Of a stretch of DNA of 54,965 nt, positions 16,749 to 25,651 are shown piece after piece. Both the position numbers and the translations under genes were made by a program. Source of the DNA: an uncultured Clostridia bacterium (GTDB lineage: Bacteria > Bacillota > Clostridia > Christensenellales > CAG-917); assembly GCA_947628855.1 (NCBI GenBank), contig CANRBM010000003.1, positions 1 through 54,965 on the forward strand, in the 5' to 3' direction. Numbering within the stretch: position 1 is the first letter of the stretch; each line of letters opens with the position of its first letter. The notes below the pieces were generated by a model. It was not told the origin of the DNA, searched no databases, and worked only from the letters and a program-made list of their open reading frames with translations.

Positions 16749-17504
16749 ATGGCGGCTCTTAAAAGTTCAAGCATAGAAGCGGTGAAAAGGCTCGCCGACG
16801 CTTTGAAGGGAGCGCACAGCGCAGTCGCGCTTACGGGCGCGGGGATATCCGTGCCTAGCGGCATACCCGATTTTAGAAGCGGAGGCGGACTGTACAGCAC
16901 AAAATTCGGCAAATTCGACCCCGAAACTATGCTGTCCCGCTCCTTTTTCAACGCGCATCCCGAGGAATTCTTTGAGTTCTACAGGCAAAAAATGATATAT
17001 GGGGGCGCAAAACCCAACCCCGCGCACCTCATGCTTGCGGAGCTTGAAAAGAGGGGCATACTCTCCGCCGTCGTCACGCAGAACATAGACGGCTTGCACT
17101 CCGACGCGGGGAACAGGCGCGTATACGAGTTGCATGGCAGCGTGAGGCGCAACAGATGTATGAAGTGCGGCAAGGAGTACGACGGGACGGACGTCGTCAC
17201 AAGATGTAACGGCGTGCCGAAATGCGATTGCGGCGGCATAATAAAGCCCGACGTCGTACTGTACGAGGAAAATCTCGACAACGACGTCTTTATGGGTGCG
17301 GAGCGCTGTATAGAGCACGCCGACGTCATGATGGTCATTGGTACGTCCCTCAAAGTGTATCCCGCCGCGGGACTGCTGTTTTCATTTTCGGGGGACACGC
17401 TCGCGCTAATCAATAAGGGCGATACGGCGATGGGCGGCAAGGCGGACATATACATCGACGACGATTGCGCCGCCGTAGCGCAAGAAGTTATGAAATTGCT
17501 GTAA
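16749..17504 (+). CDS. cobB: NAD-dependent protein deacylase, Sir2 family (sirtuin)
   Basis: 251 aa. 'LTGAGISVPSGIPDFRS', 'VVTQNIDGLH', catalytic 'YELHGS', Zn ribbon 'CMKCG...CDCGG', 'VIGTSLKVYPAA'. AGGAGG RBS. Confidence 0.85.
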   Translation: MAALKSSSIEAVKRLADALKGAHSAVALTGAGISVPSGIPDFRSGGGLYSTKFGKFDPETMLSRSFFNAHPEEFFEFYRQKMIYGGAKPNPAHLMLAELEKRGILSAVVTQNIDGLHSDAGNRRVYELHGSVRRNRCMKCGKEYDGTDVVTRCNGVPKCDCGGIIKPDVVLYEENLDNDVFMGAERCIEHADVMMVIGTSLKVYPAAGLLFSFSGDTLALINKGDTAMGGKADIYIDDDCAAVAQEVMKLL

Positions 17505-17578
17505 ACAAAGTTTAGCACATCAAAATGGATATATAAACATCTTATTTTGCAAAATACACGGAAAAGGAGAAGATAAAT

Positions 17579-18313
17579 ATGAACATAGACGAAAAATATT
17601 TTGCGCCGTCTGAGGCGGACAATTCTTTGGAAAGTGTGCTTGAAACGGGGGAGAAGATACTCTTCCGCTCAAAGCCGAACAAAACGTCGTACATCTTGGC
17701 GGCGGGGATAAAAATGCTGCCGTTGGCAATCGTTTGGCTGTGCGTGGACGCGTTTTTTCTCACTTTCATAGGGCGGGAACTGAGCAGAGGCGAAATGCCT
17801 ATGTCAATGCTCGGCTTCGTAATACCGTTTTTCATAATACATCTTGCGCCCGTGTGGATGTGGCTGTACAGGATAATACGCTCCACAATTGAGATCAAAA
17901 ACATCGAGTACGCCTTTACGGACAAACGCATAATCGTGCGCAGCGGCGTCATCGGCATAGACTTCAAATTTTTCTACTATGACAAGATAGAGAGCGTTGT
18001 CGCGAAGGTCGGGTTTATTGACAGGCTGTGCAAGGTGGGAGACATCTATATCACCGCGGCGGGCACGGCGGGCGTCATCTTCGACCAGAAGGACCCGTAT
18101 GGTCTCGCGACAAAGCTGGAAAAGCTCGCGACGGATATCCGCTCAGATCTGAGCTATCCAAACGCCCTCCGTCCCGAGCAAAACCCCGGCTATAAAACGG
18201 AATTAGCCACGGGCGCGTTTGAGCCTTATCCCGGCAGCGAACATAAATCCGAGACAGACGAGGAACCTTTCCCGGAATTAGAGGAAAAGAGAAAATCAAA
18301 AAAATGGCGATAA
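17579..18313 (+). CDS. Membrane protein with bacterial PH (bPH_2/YdbS-like) domain
   Basis: 244 aa. Two TM helices followed by 'YAFTDKRIIVRSGVIGIDFKFFYYDKIESV...VGDIYI', typical of bacterial PH domains. Acidic/basic tail. Confidence 0.6.
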   Translation: MNIDEKYFAPSEADNSLESVLETGEKILFRSKPNKTSYILAAGIKMLPLAIVWLCVDAFFLTFIGRELSRGEMPMSMLGFVIPFFIIHLAPVWMWLYRIIRSTIEIKNIEYAFTDKRIIVRSGVIGIDFKFFYYDKIESVVAKVGFIDRLCKVGDIYITAAGTAGVIFDQKDPYGLATKLEKLATDIRSDLSYPNALRPEQNPGYKTELATGAFEPYPGSEHKSETDEEPFPELEEKRKSKKWR

Positions 18314-18430
18314 AAACGAAGAATAGGGAATATATCCGCTTTCATATGAGCGGCTTTGGGAAAGCGCTCGGCGTATAAGAAAGCTCGGACAGAGGTTGCG
18401 TTATACGCTCGGACACGGTAAACGTAAAAA

Positions 18431-18596
18431 ATCAAGCTCTCACGCAGGAGTTCATACCATACACACAATCCAAAAAGCGCGAATGTCGGCGATGAAAGAG
18501 CCACATTCGCGCTTTTTAGCTTGGGGTGAGGGGACGAAGTCCCTTGCCGAGGCGTGGGCGAGTAGCCCACATAGGGAGGCAGCGCTCCACAGACAA
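18431..18596 (+). repeat. Copy B of the ~150-nt terminator-bearing element
   Basis: Same order of blocks as 9651-9797. Stem GCGCGAATGT 18477-18486 / ACATTCGCGC 18503-18512 followed by T5. It has extra GTGGGC-GAGTA-GCCCAC and GCGGGC-GAGTA-GCCCGC hairpins. Confidence 0.75.
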
Positions 18597-18691
18597 ATAT
18601 ATGCAAGCGGGCGAGTAGCCCGCATATATTCACCACTTCGCGCGCGAAACAATAGAATATAACAGAAGATAAAAGCGTTTGGGAGCGCGGT

Positions 18692-20002
18692 ATGCGGGTA
18701 TGCAAGTTTGGCGGGACGTCCATGGCGGACGGCGGCAGTATAAAAAAAGTCATGGAGATAGTGCGGCGGGACGAGAGCCGCAAGTATATTGTGGTCTCCG
18801 CGCCCGGCAAGCGGAGCAAGGCGGACACAAAGATTACGGACGCGCTGTACGGGTGTTTCAATGCGCTTGACGGCGGCGATTTCGAGGATAACTTTGCGAG
18901 GGTAGCTCGGCGGTTTTGCGACATATGCGGCGAGCTCGACTTGGACATAGACATTTCGGCGATTTTAGACGGCGTGCGCGAGGATATTATCAAGGCGCGG
19001 TCGCGCGATTTTACGGCGTCGAGAGGAGAGTATCTGAGCGCGGTCATACTTGCCGCCGCTCTCGACGTGCCTTTTGTGGATACAGCGGGGCTCATTGTAT
19101 TTTCAAATGACGGAGAACTGATGCTCGAGGAGTCCCTTACGCGGTTGCGCGCGGCGCTGGACGGCGTTGAGCGCGCGGTGCTCCCGGGGTTTTACGGTTC
19201 TATGCCAAGCGGCGAGATAAAGACGTTTTCGCGCGGCGGCAGCGACATATCGGGGGCTATAGTCGCAAGCGCTGTGGGCGCGGACGTATATGAAAATTGG
19301 ACGGACGTGGACGGTTTTCTCTCCGCGGACCCGCGCATCGTGCCCTCGCCGAAACTCATCGAGTGCCTGAGCTATGACGAGCTTAGAGAACTTGCATATA
19401 TGGGCGCGGAAGTGCTGCACCCCGAGGCTATCTTTCCCGTGCGCCGCGCGGGCATACCCATAAACATCAAAAACACCTTCCACCCGTCCGCGGCGGGCAC
19501 CGTCATAGTGTCGAATGTGCGGCATATGGGCGAAAAGAGCGTGATAACGGGTATAGCGGGCAGGAAAGGCTTTTCCATCATCAACATCCAAAAGGAGATG
19601 ATGAACAGCGAGATAGGCTTTGCGCGCCGCGTACTGTCCGTGCTAGAGGAAGAGGGCGTATCTTTCGAGCACATGCCGTCGGGCATAGACGCGCTGTCCG
19701 TCGTCGTAAGGGATGAGTACCTCGAAGGCAAGCTGCCCTCTCTCATCGCCGCGCTTTGGCGAGCTACGGAGGCGGACATCATAGACGTGCAATCGGGATT
19801 GTCCCTCATCGCTACGGTAGGGCACAATATGACTTCGAGGCAGGGCACCGCCGCAAAAATTTTCGAGGCGCTCGCCGAAAAACATATCAATATCCGCATG
19901 ATAGACCAGGGCTCATCCGAACTCAACATTATCATAGGCGTGGACACCTTTGACTATGAAAAAGCGATAAACGCGATATATGCGAAATTTTCCGCCGATT
20001 AG
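18692..20002 (+). CDS. Aspartate kinase
   Basis: 436 aa. N-terminal 'VCKFGGTSMAD', 'VVVSAPG', 'SRGGSDISGA', and C-terminal ACT-like repeats ('INIRMIDQGSSELNII'). Confidence 0.85.
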   Translation: MRVCKFGGTSMADGGSIKKVMEIVRRDESRKYIVVSAPGKRSKADTKITDALYGCFNALDGGDFEDNFARVARRFCDICGELDLDIDISAILDGVREDIIKARSRDFTASRGEYLSAVILAAALDVPFVDTAGLIVFSNDGELMLEESLTRLRAALDGVERAVLPGFYGSMPSGEIKTFSRGGSDISGAIVASAVGADVYENWTDVDGFLSADPRIVPSPKLIECLSYDELRELAYMGAEVLHPEAIFPVRRAGIPINIKNTFHPSAAGTVIVSNVRHMGEKSVITGIAGRKGFSIINIQKEMMNSEIGFARRVLSVLEEEGVSFEHMPSGIDALSVVVRDEYLEGKLPSLIAALWRATEADIIDVQSGLSLIATVGHNMTSRQGTAAKIFEALAEKHINIRMIDQGSSELNIIIGVDTFDYEKAINAIYAKFSAD

Positions 20003-20030
20003 GTTCCTCCTGTCGGCGATCATATAAAAA

Positions 20031-20055
20031 GCGGGCGAAAAGCCCGCTTTGTGCT
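20031..20055 (+). terminator. Intrinsic terminator after aspartate kinase
   Basis: GCGGGC-GAAAA-GCCCGC followed by TTTGTGCTTT. A run of A's upstream makes it potentially bidirectional for the convergent cdaA. Confidence 0.7.
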
Positions 20056-20093
20056 TTAAGGCGTATACGTGGGCTGCGCGCCCACAGTGACGA

Positions 20094-20963
20094 TCAATAA
20101 AACCTGCCGGTCTTGCTGCGTTTTTTCTTTTTGTGGGAGTTGGCTTCGCGCATGGCGATGGCGGTGGGGGAGATGCCGTAGGCTTCCTCGATCTCGTCTT
20201 TGAGCTTGTCCATGGTCATATAGCGTTTGATCTCGCCGTGCTTGACGACGGATATGATGCCCGTCTCTTCGCTGACGACGATGGAGAGCACATCCGTCTC
20301 CTCGGTCACGCCGATAGCGGCGCGGTGGCGGGTGCCCATCTCCTTGTTGACGTTGCGCTGGGTGAGCGTGAGGAAACAGCCCGCGGCGATTATCTTATTG
20401 CCGCGCACGATGACGGCGCCGTCATGCAGGGGCGCTTTGGTGTTGAAGATGCTCTCGAGCAGGGGAGCGGAGAGCGTTGCGCCGAGACGGGTGCCCGTAT
20501 CGAGGATGTTATCGTGTATATCGCCTACGGAGTCGATTATGATGATAGCGCCGACGTCCTGTTTGGACATGTCTTGACAAGCGGTGAGTATCTCGGCGGT
20601 AGCCTCGCGAAGTTCGTCGTCGCTTGAGTGTATCTCAAACTGGTGCTGTTGGCTGGACACCTTTTGGAAGATATTTTTGAAGTCGTTTTGATACACGACG
20701 CAAGAACACACGATGTCGAAGATGACGACATAGTGCATTATATATTTTGAGAGTTCGAGGATGTGTTCATCAGGGTAGTATGCCGACAGCGTTTGCACGG
20801 CTATTTCCAGCACGCAGGCGAGAAGGAGCAGGAAAAGCACCTTTACATTGCGCTTGTAGATGAAAAATAGTAGCATCACTACGAGTACTATGACCAGTAT
20901 GACCGCGTCTATAGCGGCAAACGGCCCCAAATTTTTTGCAAATTCAACAAAATTGTAATCCAT
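20094..20963 (-). CDS. cdaA: Diadenylate cyclase (membrane-anchored, CdaA type)
   Basis: 289 aa. Three N-terminal TM helices. DAC domain motifs 'LHDGAVIV' and 'GTRHRAAIGVTEETDVLSIVVSEETGIISV'. Confidence 0.85.
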   Translation of the reverse strand: MDYNFVEFAKNLGPFAAIDAVILVIVLVVMLLFFIYKRNVKVLFLLLLACVLEIAVQTLSAYYPDEHILELSKYIMHYVVIFDIVCSCVVYQNDFKNIFQKVSSQQHQFEIHSSDDELREATAEILTACQDMSKQDVGAIIIIDSVGDIHDNILDTGTRLGATLSAPLLESIFNTKAPLHDGAVIVRGNKIIAAGCFLTLTQRNVNKEMGTRHRAAIGVTEETDVLSIVVSEETGIISVVKHGEIKRYMTMDKLKDEIEEAYGISPTAIAMREANSHKKKKRSKTGRFY

Positions 20964-21121
20964 ATATCCCTCTCATCCCGTTTGGGATAAAACTTGTTCG
21001 TGAGTCTTTTAGTTTGGCTATTTCGAGTCCGATCAGAGCGGTCTTGTCCGCGAATCGTTTGGTCTTGTTTTATGTTTTTTGCCGAATGATCTGCCAGACC
21101 GCTTTGTTTGGGCGACGAGAG

Positions 21122-21991
21122 TCAGATGTCGAATTCGTCAAAGACTTTGTCGTCGCCGTCCGTATCCGAGCCGTTTTTGGGGCTGTCCCCAAATACGTCC
21201 GCCGCGTCCGTGCGCACGGTGTAGGGGGCGCCTGTATGCGCGTCGTAGTAGTCTCCGCGGGTTGCGGGGTCGATGAAGAGGCGCGCCTTTTTCTTGAGTA
21301 TCTCGCCTAGCACTATTATAGCGATGAGATAGGCGAAGTATAGTACTATACCCGTCACGCAACCCGCCGTGAGGACGGCGGCATTTGCGGCGATGTCAAT
21401 GTCGAAATACTCCGTAAGAAGTTCGGGCGTGTCCATGAGTATGAGTACGGCGCCGTTGCCTATGACAGCCTCTATGCCGCCGCCTATCATAAATACAGTC
21501 GCCCACGCGCGGAAGGCGTTGTACTCCTCGGCGGGGTTGAAGCGGTAGACGCGTCTGAATACTACGAAGAACATTATTAGCATCGCCGCGCCGTTGAAGA
21601 GCGTGGACAAAAAGCCCGTCGTGCAATACATGACATTGACGTTGAGAAGTCCGAATATGTTGACAAAGCCCATGAGCAGGCGGGAGCCCGCTATGAATAG
21701 CATGACGAAATAGATGAAGTCGGAGCGCGAAATGCAGCGCACATAGCGCGCGAAACCTATCTGATAGACGACAAACGCAAATAGTATGCAAAGAAGAGAG
21801 GGCACAATGATGTCCCCAAACAGCATCTCGATGACGCTTATCGTGATGTTGAGGCGCGTGAGCTGAGCCGAATATTGAGCGAGTGTGGCGCACGTCGTAT
21901 AAAAGTCGTAAAAATTGCACACAAAAGTCGCAAAAAACAGCCCAAGCAGTATTGGAACGTGATATTTTTTGTCAAGTTTGTTGGGTACCAT
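21122..21991 (-). CDS. Polytopic membrane protein of unknown function
   Basis: 289 aa, about 6-7 hydrophobic helices, acidic C-terminal tail. Located between holA and cdaA on the same strand. No motif recognised. Confidence 0.5.
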   Translation of the reverse strand: MVPNKLDKKYHVPILLGLFFATFVCNFYDFYTTCATLAQYSAQLTRLNITISVIEMLFGDIIVPSLLCILFAFVVYQIGFARYVRCISRSDFIYFVMLFIAGSRLLMGFVNIFGLLNVNVMYCTTGFLSTLFNGAAMLIMFFVVFRRVYRFNPAEEYNAFRAWATVFMIGGGIEAVIGNGAVLILMDTPELLTEYFDIDIAANAAVLTAGCVTGIVLYFAYLIAIIVLGEILKKKARLFIDPATRGDYYDAHTGAPYTVRTDAADVFGDSPKNGSDTDGDDKVFDEFDI

Positions 21992-22000
21992 AGAACCTCC

Positions 22001-22978
22001 TTATTGTGTCGCCAAGAGCGTGAGCACGGCGTCATATAACGCGCTGGATTCGCTGCGCTCGCCGCTGACGATCTCGTATTGAAGAGAGTGCAGATGATCC
22101 ACAATTGCTTTCAGTCGCACCTGTGAATAATTGTCCGCGCTCTTTTTCAAAAAATATACCTGTCCCGGCTTTTTGAAGCCGAATATTTTTGCAAGTTGCT
22201 CATTGCTCATACCCTTGTTGAGGGAGATGTGGAGCATGCGTCTGTAGCGCTCGTATATAGCGGAGAGCAACACGCGCTCCGGTATGCCGCTCTTCAAAAT
22301 GGCGTCCGTGACTGATAGCGCCTTTTGCGCGTCGCGGTTTGCGACCGCCTCCGACAAAATGTACGTCTGATATTCTATGTCCGACGCAACCATTTGTGTG
22401 ACGTCGGCGCGGGTGACGCCATCGGGCGTATACGCTTTTAGTTTTTTGACCTCGCCCACTATGCGTGCAAGCGAGCCCTGAGTGCGGGTGATGAGCTCCT
22501 CTACGGCGGCGGTCTCGGCGGATACGGCGGGAGGGGAGGCAAACTGCTCGCGTACGAAATCCCTCAGTTCCTCATCGGAGAGTGGCGCGCAGGACACGGA
22601 CTCTATATGCTTGCCTTTGAATAGCTTTGCGCCCTCGCCCACATCCGCAACGAGTATGGCCTCGGCGGCGGGGGAGTCCAGATAGGTTTTGAGTTTTGTC
22701 GTATCGTCCTCGCTCAAAACATCCTTTTCAAGTACGCACACTCTGCGAGCGTCGAAAACGGGGAAGGTGTAGAGCGTCTCTATCGCCTCGCCGACGTCGG
22801 ACGTCTTTGAGAAGTTCATATCCTTGAATCCCGCGTCCAGCACCTCGCCGAAAAGCCGCTTTGCCTCATGCAGCAGGTATTCGTCCTCGCCCGTGAGAAA
22901 ATAGGCGGCGGCAAACTCGCCTCCGTTGACGGCGTTGTTGAGATGAGATTTGAGCTCGGAATACTTCAACGCATTCAC
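22001..22978 (-). CDS. holA: DNA polymerase III subunit delta
   Basis: 325 aa. N-terminal 'AYFLTGEDEYLL' and overall HolA-like length and layout. Confidence 0.7.
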   Translation of the reverse strand: MNALKYSELKSHLNNAVNGGEFAAAYFLTGEDEYLLHEAKRLFGEVLDAGFKDMNFSKTSDVGEAIETLYTFPVFDARRVCVLEKDVLSEDDTTKLKTYLDSPAAEAILVADVGEGAKLFKGKHIESVSCAPLSDEELRDFVREQFASPPAVSAETAAVEELITRTQGSLARIVGEVKKLKAYTPDGVTRADVTQMVASDIEYQTYILSEAVANRDAQKALSVTDAILKSGIPERVLLSAIYERYRRMLHISLNKGMSNEQLAKIFGFKKPGQVYFLKKSADNYSQVRLKAIVDHLHSLQYEIVSGERSESSALYDAVLTLLATQ

Positions 22979-23192
22979 CTCATTTTGATTACTATTATAA
23001 TAACATCATTTCAAATATATGTAAAGAAAAATAACTTCGGGCATACCAAAATTCAAGGCATTTACTTTTGAAAACGGGTGTGATATAATAATCAAAAGAC
23101 GAAAAATGCGTCGCCGCACAAAGTCGCGAAATCGCAAAAAGCGGACTTTACGTGGCGAAATCAGCGCTTTAAGCGTCGTTTGGAGGAAAATT

Positions 23193-24524
23193 ATGTGCGC
23201 AAAGATAGCGGTTGTAGGTTTGGGACAGGGCGGCGCGTGCGCCGCGTATCATCTTGCGAGGGCGGGTCACGACGTCACCGTTTTCGAGAGATGCGCAAGG
23301 GAAGAGACGGGCTATGACTGGCAGGACGACATACGCGCGGACATATTTTCGCTCTGCGATATGCCCATGCCGAGCGAGGACGTCTACGAACAAAAGCGCA
23401 AGTGGCTTTTCGTCTCTCCGAATTGGCAGCATTCTCTCCCCGTGCCGCCTCTGCCGCCTATGGAGGAAATATCCGTATATAGGCGGGGGCTTTGCGCGTA
23501 CTTTGCGGGGCAGATCAAGGGCGCGGGCGGAAAGGTCAAATTCGAGGCTCCCGTGAGCGGTCTGCTCATTGAAAATGATAAGGTAGTCGGCATAAGGACG
23601 GCGGAGGGCGAGGAGCGTTTCGACCTCGTCATAGACGCGAGCGGCATGAGGTCTCCCTTGAGAGGTCAGCTCCCGCAAAAGTATTGCGTGCAGGCTATGC
23701 CCGAGGAAGAGGGCGTACTGTACGGCTATCGCGCATTTTTCCACAGGACGGCGGGCGCGGATACGCTCGAGAAGGGCATTGAGAGCACTATGTCCTTGAA
23801 ACATATGGGCAAGGCGGGCATAAGCTGGTGCAACCTCGTAGGCGAGGACAGGGTGGACGTGCTCATCGGTAGGCTCGGAGGTTTGAGCGACAATGACATA
23901 GCCGAGGCAATGGAGGATCTGAGGGCGCACAACGCAATACTGTCAAAGGATATGTATTTCGGACAGCGAGTACAGATATGCTTGCGCGGCACTATACCCG
24001 TCGGCGTAGCGGACGGCTACGTCGCGGTGGGGGACAGCGCTTTTGAGACTATGCCGCTCATGGGCAGCGGTATAGAGTCGTCCATGAAGGCGGGCAAGCT
24101 GCTTGCGGACTGCATAGCAGATGGCTGCGACTTTTCCGCCGCGGGGCTTTGGAGCTATTGGACGAGGTGGATGAAGGAGTTCGGCGCGGGATTCGCGTTT
24201 ATAGACGTGCTCAAGCGGTGGGCGCTCAATGTAGATCCCAAGCAGATAGACTGGGTGTTCGGCGGCGGACTCATCGAGAAAAGCGATCTCGCGCTTGTGA
24301 GCACGGATACTAGCGGGGCAAAGCCGAAGATCCCCGCGAAGTCCATATTCAAAAAGATAGGGCTGTTGCTCGCCAGACCTTCTCTAACATTCCCCGCGAT
24401 AGGGTGCGTGGTGAGGGCGCTAAGGGCGAAGAGCTGCGCCGCGCATATTCCCAAAAAGTATGACGAGAAGAAGATTGCGAAGTGGGCGAAAAAATATACG
24501 GAACGCCTCGGCGCAGGCGCGTAA
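23193..24524 (+). CDS. FAD/NAD(P)-binding oxidoreductase (geranylgeranyl-reductase/flavin-monooxygenase-like fold)
   Basis: Dinucleotide-binding 'IAVVGLGQGGACAAYHLARAGHDVTVFE' and 'VAVGDSAFETMPLMGSGI' (GD motif). ATG 23193 with GGAGG RBS is preferred over the track start 23106 (Arg/Lys-rich leader). Confidence 0.6.
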   Translation: MCAKIAVVGLGQGGACAAYHLARAGHDVTVFERCAREETGYDWQDDIRADIFSLCDMPMPSEDVYEQKRKWLFVSPNWQHSLPVPPLPPMEEISVYRRGLCAYFAGQIKGAGGKVKFEAPVSGLLIENDKVVGIRTAEGEERFDLVIDASGMRSPLRGQLPQKYCVQAMPEEEGVLYGYRAFFHRTAGADTLEKGIESTMSLKHMGKAGISWCNLVGEDRVDVLIGRLGGLSDNDIAEAMEDLRAHNAILSKDMYFGQRVQICLRGTIPVGVADGYVAVGDSAFETMPLMGSGIESSMKAGKLLADCIADGCDFSAAGLWSYWTRWMKEFGAGFAFIDVLKRWALNVDPKQIDWVFGGGLIEKSDLALVSTDTSGAKPKIPAKSIFKKIGLLLARPSLTFPAIGCVVRALRAKSCAAHIPKKYDEKKIAKWAKKYTERLGAGA

Positions 24525-24554
24525 ATGCGATAATGGGGTCGAAATTTTGAGATA

Positions 24555-25391
24555 ATGGCAAATATGGACATAACGTACAAGATCGCGAGAATGGGTCTGC
24601 ACTACTTCGAGGAGCCGTGCATATCGGGAGAGCAGGGCAGCGGCACCGTGTTCTTTTCGGGTTGCAATCTAAGGTGCGCGTTCTGCCAAAACTTTGAGAT
24701 ATCGCACGGCGGAAAAGGGCTTGAGGTGAGCGAGGAGCAGCTCATATTCGGCATGAAAAAGCTTGCGGATATGGGCGCGCACAACATCAACCTCGTCACG
24801 CCCTCAAATTTCACAAATCAACTCGTTCACACACTTAAAGTTGCAAAATCTACACTTAAAGTGCCTATTGTGTGGAACAGCAGCGGATATGAGACTGACG
24901 CGAACCTCAAAAAACTCGAGGGGCTTGTGGATATATATCTGCCCGATTTCAAGTACAGCGACGATTCGCTTGCGTGGGAGTGGTCGCATGCGAAAAATTA
25001 TAGAGAGGTGGCGCGTGCGGCAATAACGGAGATGAGACGGCAGCAGCCGTACGACGTATTCGACGAGGACGGCATTATGAGGCGGGGAGTGATAGTGCGG
25101 CACCTCGTTTTGCCGGGCGCGACAGAGAACACCGCGGGCGTAATGCTCGACATTGCGGGGATAGACAAGTCCATGTACGTCAGCGTGATGGGGCAGTATT
25201 TTCCCACTCCCGCCGTAAAGGAGCATCCCACGCTCGGGCGCAGGCTGACCGCGGAGGAATATGACGCGGCGACGCAGGCTTTCTTTGACGCGGGGCTTTC
25301 AAACGGATTTTCGCAGGAGCTGGACAGCGCGATAGAGGATTATGTGCCGTCCTTCGACCTCGACGCGTTGAGCGAATTTTTGTTTGAGTAG
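24555..25391 (+). CDS. Radical SAM protein, PflX-like (homolog of pyruvate formate-lyase activases)
   Basis: 278 aa. 'LHYFEEPCISGEQGSGTVFFSGCNLRCAFCQNFEIS' contains the CxxxCxxC cluster. Confidence 0.8.
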   Translation: MANMDITYKIARMGLHYFEEPCISGEQGSGTVFFSGCNLRCAFCQNFEISHGGKGLEVSEEQLIFGMKKLADMGAHNINLVTPSNFTNQLVHTLKVAKSTLKVPIVWNSSGYETDANLKKLEGLVDIYLPDFKYSDDSLAWEWSHAKNYREVARAAITEMRRQQPYDVFDEDGIMRRGVIVRHLVLPGATENTAGVMLDIAGIDKSMYVSVMGQYFPTPAVKEHPTLGRRLTAEEYDAATQAFFDAGLSNGFSQELDSAIEDYVPSFDLDALSEFLFE

Positions 25392-25442
25392 CGCACTTTT
25401 TGTGTTTTCGGCAAGAAATGTATGATTTAATGTCGATTTTTG

Positions 25443-25471
25443 TTGTCATTTTTTGAAATTTGTGTTAATAT
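25443..25471 (+). promoter_or_regulatory. Sigma-70-like promoter for the permease leader
   Basis: TTGTCA (25443-25448), 17-nt spacer, TAATAT (25466-25471). Confidence 0.55.
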
Positions 25472-25500
25472 TTCTCCCGATAAAATTTGCGGAGGCAGAA

Positions 25501-25590
25501 ATGAGGAGCTCGCTCGTAAAGCGTTTTGCAAACATCTGTGCGACTATGGTCGAAGTGCCCTCTCAAATTCTCGCTTCCACGCTTGCGTGA
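25501..25590 (+). CDS. Candidate 29-aa leader ORF (MRSSLVKRFANICATMVEVPSQILASTLA)
   Basis: GGAGG (25491-25495) lies 5 nt upstream of the ATG. The stop TGA (25588-25590) lies 6 nt before the terminator stem. Confidence 0.35.
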   Translation: MRSSLVKRFANICATMVEVPSQILASTLA

Positions 25591-25596
25591 AAATTT

Positions 25597-25623
25597 GATG
25601 TCCTCTCGGGGACATCTTTTTTT
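25597..25623 (+). terminator. Intrinsic terminator inside the 5' leader of the permease gene (attenuator)
   Basis: GATGTCC (25597-25603) / GGACATC (25610-25616) followed by T7. It sits 28 nt upstream of the permease ATG. Confidence 0.65.
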
Positions 25624-25651
25624 GAAAAAATTTAAATAGGAGATATTGTTT

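Noticed and set aside
16749-17504. Sir2 protein as an anti-phage effector (Thoeris ThsA / DSR-like), given the neighbouring WYL regulator and R-M islet.
   Set aside because: It is a compact 251-aa canonical sirtuin with the catalytic His and a Zn ribbon. It has no SLOG, TIR, helicase or other fused or partner defence domains, so a housekeeping CobB-type deacylase is more parsimonious. Regulation by the WYL protein remains possible.
18597-18691. Lysine riboswitch (L-box) or T-box upstream of aspartate kinase.
   Set aside because: Only about 95 nt remain between the repeat element and the ATG. I see none of the conserved L-box helices or motifs. The region is occupied by simple GC hairpins belonging to the repeat family.
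20964-21121. Structured 5' UTR of cdaA (8-bp inverted repeat AGCGGTCT/AGACCGCT enclosing about 50 nt, and a direct repeat ACAAGACC).
   Set aside because: It does not resemble the c-di-AMP (ydaO) riboswitch or any other motif I recognise. The evidence is too thin for a finding.
25478-25651. PyrR-binding anti-antiterminator in the permease leader.
   Set aside because: I could not find the conserved PyrR loop sequence (ARUCCAGAGAGGYU-like) on the sense strand. Only CCTCTC-type strings are present.
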